64,000 bases of DNA from the NCBI GenBank assembly GCA_965199855.1, contig OZ241326.1, forward strand, positions 1,504,001 to 1,568,000. Direction: 5' to 3'. Positions 59,344 to 64,000 of this stretch are shown here, piece after piece. Made by a program: the position numbers and the translations under genes. Within the stretch, counting starts at the first letter, position 1. Every line of letters starts with the position of its first letter. The notes under the pieces were generated by a model. The model ran no database searches. It saw only the letters and a list, made by a program, of their open reading frames with translations, and was not told the origin of the DNA. Source of the DNA: a bacterium. Its GTDB lineage: Bacteria > UBA8248.

Positions 59344-60243
59344 ATGTTCGCGCAGCAGCTGGTGAATGGTCTCGTCGTGGGCGCCGTATACGCCCTCATC
59401 GCCCTGGGCTATACGCTTGTCTATGGAATCCTGAAGCTGATCAATTTCGCCCATGGCGAAATCTATATGATAGGCGCATACGTGGGCATCGCCGTCCTGG
59501 CGGTGCTGGGGAGTATGGGCCTCACGCAGACGAGCCTTGCGCTGAGCGTTCTTCTCGTTTTCCTCATCCCGATGATTTACTGCGCCGCCTATGGGGTCAC
59601 CCTGGAGCGCGTAGCGTATCGTCCGCTGCGCGGCGCGCCGAGGCTCTCCCCGCTCATCAGCGCGATCGGCATGAGCCTCTTTCTGCAGAACTACGTGCAG
59701 GTCGTCCAGGGGGCGCGCGACAAGGCGTTTCCGGAGCTGCTGTCGCTGGGGAGCTTCCAGCTCTTCGGCGCTCACGTGAACGGCCTTCAGATTTTCATCC
59801 TGCTTCTCTCCCTCGGCCTGATGGCGGCGCTCCAGCTGTTCATCAGGAAGACGAAGCTGGGCAAGGCCATGCGCGCCACGGCCCAGGACAGGACGATGGC
59901 CTCGCTCGTCGGCGTGAACGTGGACAGGGTGATTGCGGCGACCTTCGCCATCGGCTCCGTTCTGGCCGCCGTGGCCGGCGTGATGGTGGGGATGTACTAC
60001 GGGCTGGTGAATCACCACATCGGCTTCGTGGCGGGGCTGAAGGCGTTCACCGCCGCCGTTCTGGGAGGCATCGGCAGCGTGACGGGCGCGGTCCTGGGCG
60101 GCTTTCTGCTGGCGCTTCTCGAGAGCTTCTGGGCGGGCTACGTGTCCGCGGTCTATAAGGACGTCTTCGCGTTCATGATCCTGGTCGTCGTTCTCATTTT
60201 CCGCCCCGAGGGCATTCTGGGCGGCTCGGGAGAGTCGGACTGA
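59344..60243 (+). CDS. livH: Branched-chain amino acid ABC transporter permease
   Basis: QQLVNGL, YALIALGY, INFAHG and AAVLGGIG. Confidence 0.93.
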   Translation: MFAQQLVNGLVVGAVYALIALGYTLVYGILKLINFAHGEIYMIGAYVGIAVLAVLGSMGLTQTSLALSVLLVFLIPMIYCAAYGVTLERVAYRPLRGAPRLSPLISAIGMSLFLQNYVQVVQGARDKAFPELLSLGSFQLFGAHVNGLQIFILLLSLGLMAALQLFIRKTKLGKAMRATAQDRTMASLVGVNVDRVIAATFAIGSVLAAVAGVMVGMYYGLVNHHIGFVAGLKAFTAAVLGGIGSVTGAVLGGFLLALLESFWAGYVSAVYKDVFAFMILVVVLIFRPEGILGGSGESD

Positions 60244-60245
60244 GC

Positions 60246-61430
60246 ATGAGCGCATACGCCAGAGTTCCCCTGATCGGCCTGTGGTTCGCCTTTTTGGCGC
60301 TGCCTCTTGCGGGCTGGCGAAACAGCCTCTGGATAGGCCTGGGCTGCGCCGCCCTCGTCCTGCTGGCGGGGCTGGCGCGGGCGGGGGCGGCGTCCGGCCC
60401 GCTGGCGGGCCCCGCCCGGCGCGCCGGGGAGAAGCTCTCATCGGCCTGGGATTTCGTCGGGGAGAAGTCTCTCGACAAGCGGTATTGGGGCGCTTTCCTG
60501 CTGGCTTTGACGGCGCTTCCCTGGGTTCTGGACCGCTACTCCACCGACGTGCTCGTCCTCACGGGCATCTACGTCATGCTCGCCCTGGGGCTCAACGTGG
60601 TGGTCGGCTTCGCCGGTCTGCTGGATTTGGGCTACGTGGCCTTCTACGCCGTGGGCGCCTATTCCTACGCGCTTCTGAACGCCTGGATCGGGCTTTCCTT
60701 CTGGCTCGCCCTGGGGACGGGCGTCGCATTTTCCGCGCTGTTCGGGATTCTGCTGGGAATTCCCGTTCTGCGCCTCAGGGGCGACTATCTGGCGATAGTC
60801 ACGCTCGGCTTCGGCGAAATCATCCGCCTGGTTCTGAACAACTGGGACAGCGTAACGCAGGGCCCGAACGGCATTCTGGGCATCGACCGCCCCTATCTGG
60901 GCGACATGCGCCTCTACAGGCCCATGCACTTCTTCTATCTCGTTCTCGCGCTGTGCGTCGTCACCATCTTCATCGTGGATCGGCTCGACAAAAGCCGCCT
61001 GGGCCGCGCCTGGGCGGCCATGCGCGAGGACGAGACGGCGGCCGAGTGCATGGGCGTCAACATCATCTACGCGAAGCTCTCCGCTTTCGCCTTCGGGGCG
61101 GCCTGGGCCGGATTCGGCGGCGTCGTTTTCGCCGCCAAGCAGACCTTCATCTCCCCGGAGAGCTTCACCTTCTTTGAATCGGTGATCATCCTGTGCATGG
61201 TGGTGCTGGGCGGCATGGGAAGCGTTCCGGGCGTCATACTCGGCGCGCTGGTTCTCACCGCGCTGCCCGAGGCCCTCAGGGGGTTGACGTTCTTCCGGCC
61301 CATGCTCCTGGGCGGCGCCATGGTGATCATGATGGCGCTCAGACCCCAGGGATTCCTCCAGACTCAAGGCGCCCGCCATTATCGCCGCGCCGGCGATCAG
61401 CCTCGAAGCCGGGCGGGCGGGGGGGAGTGA
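60246..61430 (+). CDS. livM: Branched-chain amino acid ABC transporter permease
   Basis: GLLDLG..AF, RLRGDYLAIVTLGFGEI and VLGGMGS. Confidence 0.93.
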   Translation: MSAYARVPLIGLWFAFLALPLAGWRNSLWIGLGCAALVLLAGLARAGAASGPLAGPARRAGEKLSSAWDFVGEKSLDKRYWGAFLLALTALPWVLDRYSTDVLVLTGIYVMLALGLNVVVGFAGLLDLGYVAFYAVGAYSYALLNAWIGLSFWLALGTGVAFSALFGILLGIPVLRLRGDYLAIVTLGFGEIIRLVLNNWDSVTQGPNGILGIDRPYLGDMRLYRPMHFFYLVLALCVVTIFIVDRLDKSRLGRAWAAMREDETAAECMGVNIIYAKLSAFAFGAAWAGFGGVVFAAKQTFISPESFTFFESVIILCMVVLGGMGSVPGVILGALVLTALPEALRGLTFFRPMLLGGAMVIMMALRPQGFLQTQGARHYRRAGDQPRSRAGGGE

Positions 61431-62203
61431 TGGAGAAGGCGCCTCTTCTGGAATGCCGCGGGCTCACGCGGTGCTTCGGCGGCGTGGTGGCGCTGGATTC
61501 TTTCGACCTGGATGCGCGCAGGGGCGAGGTGCTGGGACTCATCGGCCCGAACGGCGCCGGCAAGACGACGGCCTTCAACGTGGTGACGGGCCTGTTTCCG
61601 CCCACGTCGGGAAGCGTCCTGTTCGAGGGCGAGAGCATCGTCGGGCTGAAGCCGAGCGCGGTCGCGAGCCGGGGCGTCGCGCGCACCTTTCAGAACATCC
61701 GCGTATTCGGCGGCATGACGGCGCTGGAAAACGTTCTGGTCGGGCGGCATTCAAGGATGAGAGCGGGGCCCATCGGGGCGATCCTGCGCCTGCCCGCGAT
61801 GGTGGCGGAGGAGCGCGAGGCGGTTTCGGCGGCCATGGAGCTGCTGAGGTTCACGGGCATCGAAGCCTACGCCTCGGGCCTGGCGGAGACGCTCTCCTAC
61901 GGGGATCAAAGACGCCTGGAGATCGCGCGCGCCCTGGCGAGCGAACCCCGGCTTCTGCTGCTCGACGAGCCGGCGGCCGGCATGAATCCGCGCGAGAAGG
62001 CCGTCCTGAACGAGCTGATATTGTCGATTCGGGAGCGCGGCGTCACCGTTCTGCTGATCGAGCACGACATGAAGGTGGTGATGAGCATCTCCGACCGCGT
62101 GGTCGTGCTGGATCACGGCGAGAAGATAGCCGATGGAACCCCCGCCCGGGTGCGGCGGGACCCGAAGGTGCTCGAAGCCTATCTGGGGGCTTCCCATGCT
62201 TGA
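61430..62203 (+). CDS. livG: Branched-chain amino acid ABC transporter ATPase
   Basis: GPNGAGKT, RTFQ, LSYG, LDEPAAG and IEHDM. Confidence 0.94.
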   Translation: MEKAPLLECRGLTRCFGGVVALDSFDLDARRGEVLGLIGPNGAGKTTAFNVVTGLFPPTSGSVLFEGESIVGLKPSAVASRGVARTFQNIRVFGGMTALENVLVGRHSRMRAGPIGAILRLPAMVAEEREAVSAAMELLRFTGIEAYASGLAETLSYGDQRRLEIARALASEPRLLLLDEPAAGMNPREKAVLNELILSIRERGVTVLLIEHDMKVVMSISDRVVVLDHGEKIADGTPARVRRDPKVLEAYLGASHA

Positions 62204-62900
62204 GTTGCGCGACGTTCATTTCCATTACGGCCGCGTCCACGCGCTTCGGGGCGTATCCCTGGAAGTGCGCGCCGGGCAGGTCGCCTGCCTGATCGGCAGC
62301 AACGGGGCGGGCAAATCCTCCACGCTCATGGCGATCTGCGGCGTCAACGCCGCATCCGGCGGCGAGATACTGCTCGAGGGCGAGCGCATTCACGACCGGA
62401 ACGCGGACGAGATCGTGAGTCGCGGCATCTGCCAGGTCCCCGAGGGCAGGCGCATCTTCCCGCATCTCAGCGCGCTGGAGAATCTGGAGATGGGCGCTTT
62501 TCTGCGAAAAGACGCCGGCGGGGTGAGGGACGACCTCGCCTACGTCTATTCGCTGTTTCCCGTTCTTTATGAACGCCGCGCCCAGAAGGGCGGCACCCTC
62601 TCCGGTGGAGAGCAGCAGATGCTCGCCATCGGCCGCGCCCTGATGGCGCGACCCAGGCTTCTTCTGCTCGACGAACCCTCGCTCGGGCTGGCGCCCAGAA
62701 TCGTCGAAACGATTTTTGAGGTACTGGCGAGCGTTCGGGACGAGGGGACGGGCATTTTTCTCGTCGAGCAGAACGCGCACCTGGCGCTCAATTTCTCGGA
62801 TTGGGCGTATGTGATGGAAACGGGGAGAATCGTCATGGGCGACAGCCCCGACGTCCTGCGGAATTCGCCCGTCGTCCGGGAAGCCTATCTGGGCGAATAG
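62196..62900 (+). CDS. livF: Branched-chain amino acid ABC transporter ATPase
   Basis: GSNGAGKS, VPEGR, LSGGEQQM and DEPSLGLAP. Confidence 0.94.
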   Translation: MLELRDVHFHYGRVHALRGVSLEVRAGQVACLIGSNGAGKSSTLMAICGVNAASGGEILLEGERIHDRNADEIVSRGICQVPEGRRIFPHLSALENLEMGAFLRKDAGGVRDDLAYVYSLFPVLYERRAQKGGTLSGGEQQMLAIGRALMARPRLLLLDEPSLGLAPRIVETIFEVLASVRDEGTGIFLVEQNAHLALNFSDWAYVMETGRIVMGDSPDVLRNSPVVREAYLGE

Positions 62901-63027
62901 GAGGCTCTCGCCGCCGGGCGGACGCGGCGAAGCGCGCGAATCTCTCGCCTCCTTGCCCATCGCTCGGCCAGAGCCTACACTTCCAGGTCAAATCCCGTTC
63001 GCTCGCGCCATTTGGGGAGGAGCTTCG

Positions 63028-63642
63028 ATGCTGTATGAAATGCGCATTTACAGGCTGAAGGTGGGCGGCGTCGCCGAGTTCGAGGAGAATTTTTCCAAGG
63101 TCATCGCCAAGAGAACCGAGATGTCCCCGATGGTGGGGTTCTTTCACGCCGAGGTCGGGGATCTGAATCGCGTCATGCACATCTGGGCGTATGAGAATTC
63201 GGATCACCGCGCGGAGGTGCGGGCGAAGACGACGGCGCTGGACTGGTGGCCGCCCCCCAACGGGCATCTGATTCTGGATCAGGAAAGCAGGATTCTGACG
63301 ACCCCGCCGTTTCGGAAGGAGCCTCGCCAGGGGGCGCTGGGCGGCGTGTATGAATTCAGGACCTACGCCGTCCAGCCCGGGAAGATGAACGAAGTCGTCA
63401 GCCGGTGGAGCGAGCATATCGCGGCGAGAGAGGAACTCTCCCCGCTGGCGGCGTGCTTCATGACGGAGATGGGGCCGCTGAACCAATGGATTCACGTCTG
63501 GGCGTATGAGGACATGAACCACCGCGCCGAGATTCGCAAAAAAGCGCATGAACTGCCGAACTGGCCGCCGGGCTCGCGTCCGTTTCTGTCCAGGCAGAAG
63601 TCGGAGATTTGGGTTCCCGCTTCCTTCTCGCCCATGCGCTAG
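63028..63642 (+). CDS. Two-domain NIPSNAP family protein
   Basis: Duplicated YE.R.Y...G.LN...H.WAYE...HRAE.R units. Confidence 0.9.
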   Translation: MLYEMRIYRLKVGGVAEFEENFSKVIAKRTEMSPMVGFFHAEVGDLNRVMHIWAYENSDHRAEVRAKTTALDWWPPPNGHLILDQESRILTTPPFRKEPRQGALGGVYEFRTYAVQPGKMNEVVSRWSEHIAAREELSPLAACFMTEMGPLNQWIHVWAYEDMNHRAEIRKKAHELPNWPPGSRPFLSRQKSEIWVPASFSPMR

Positions 63643-63656
63643 GCGAGCCGCTCTCG

Positions 63657-64000
63657 CTACCCTTTCGCGAGCAGATAGACGAGGGAGAGCGCCCCCGCCC
63701 CCCAGCAGTAGAAGCGGAAGCGGGCGAGATTGCCGCCTCTCACGAGTTTGATGAGCCAGCCCAGGGCGGCGGCCCCCACGATGGCCGAGGCGGCCGCGCC
63801 GACCGCGTAGGACGGCAGGTTCGCGCCGAGGGCGCCTTCGAGGTCTTTCATCTTCAGCAGGAACGCGCCCGAAATCGCAGGGACGGAGAGCAGGAAGCTG
63901 AAGCGGGCGGCCTGTTCGCGCTCCACCCCGCGCATGAGCGCCGCGGCGATGGTCGCGCCCGAGCGCGAGATGCCCGGAATGACGGCGAACGCCTGGAACG
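63657..64000 (-). CDS. uppP: Undecaprenyl-diphosphate phosphatase (5' part outside the window)
   Basis: [17 protein letters not shown] and [11 protein letters not shown]. Confidence 0.93.
   Translation of the reverse strand, partial: FQAFAVIPGISRSGATIAAALMRGVEREQAARFSFLLSVPAISGAFLLKMKDLEGALGANLPSYAVGAAASAIVGAAALGWLIKLVRGGNLARFRFYCWGAGALSLVYLLAKG

Overview
A 64 kb chromosomal window from a high-GC bacterium. It is mostly housekeeping and metabolic genes: pepA, a 2-oxoacid dehydrogenase E1a/E1b/E2 operon, leuA, mnmA, rplU-rpmA-obgE-proB-nadD-rsfS-dksA-like, rpiB-nrdR, eno, tkt, ctpA-tsaD-dusB, pilM-aroB-aroQ-peptidase-efp, livKHMGF and partial uppP. Three small accessory DNA-methyltransferase loci interrupt it. 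(1) An N6A/N4C MTase with an Mrr-like C-terminal domain carries an in-frame (GCAA)6 tetranucleotide tract, a candidate phase-variable switch. (2) A Dam-family MTase is followed by an AT-richer DUF2130-like coiled-coil/nuclease-fold gene. (3) An MTase-HNH fusion is followed by orphan membrane proteins. Notable non-coding features are a DnaA-box/IHF-like/AT-rich cluster at ~15.3-15.5 kb (candidate oriC with no dnaA in the window), a self-contained small transcript at ~4.3-4.6 kb encoding a 31-aa basic peptide missing from the ORF track, a mosaic of four REP-like palindrome families at ~34.9-35.5 kb, and a 21-bp tandem repeat at ~44.2 kb. A deaminase plus an AtzD/barbiturase-family enzyme with a hybrid active site suggests an uncharacterised N-heterocycle pathway. 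I found no rRNA, tRNA, CRISPR array, integrase or transposase. All product calls come from motif recognition by eye; no database search was run.
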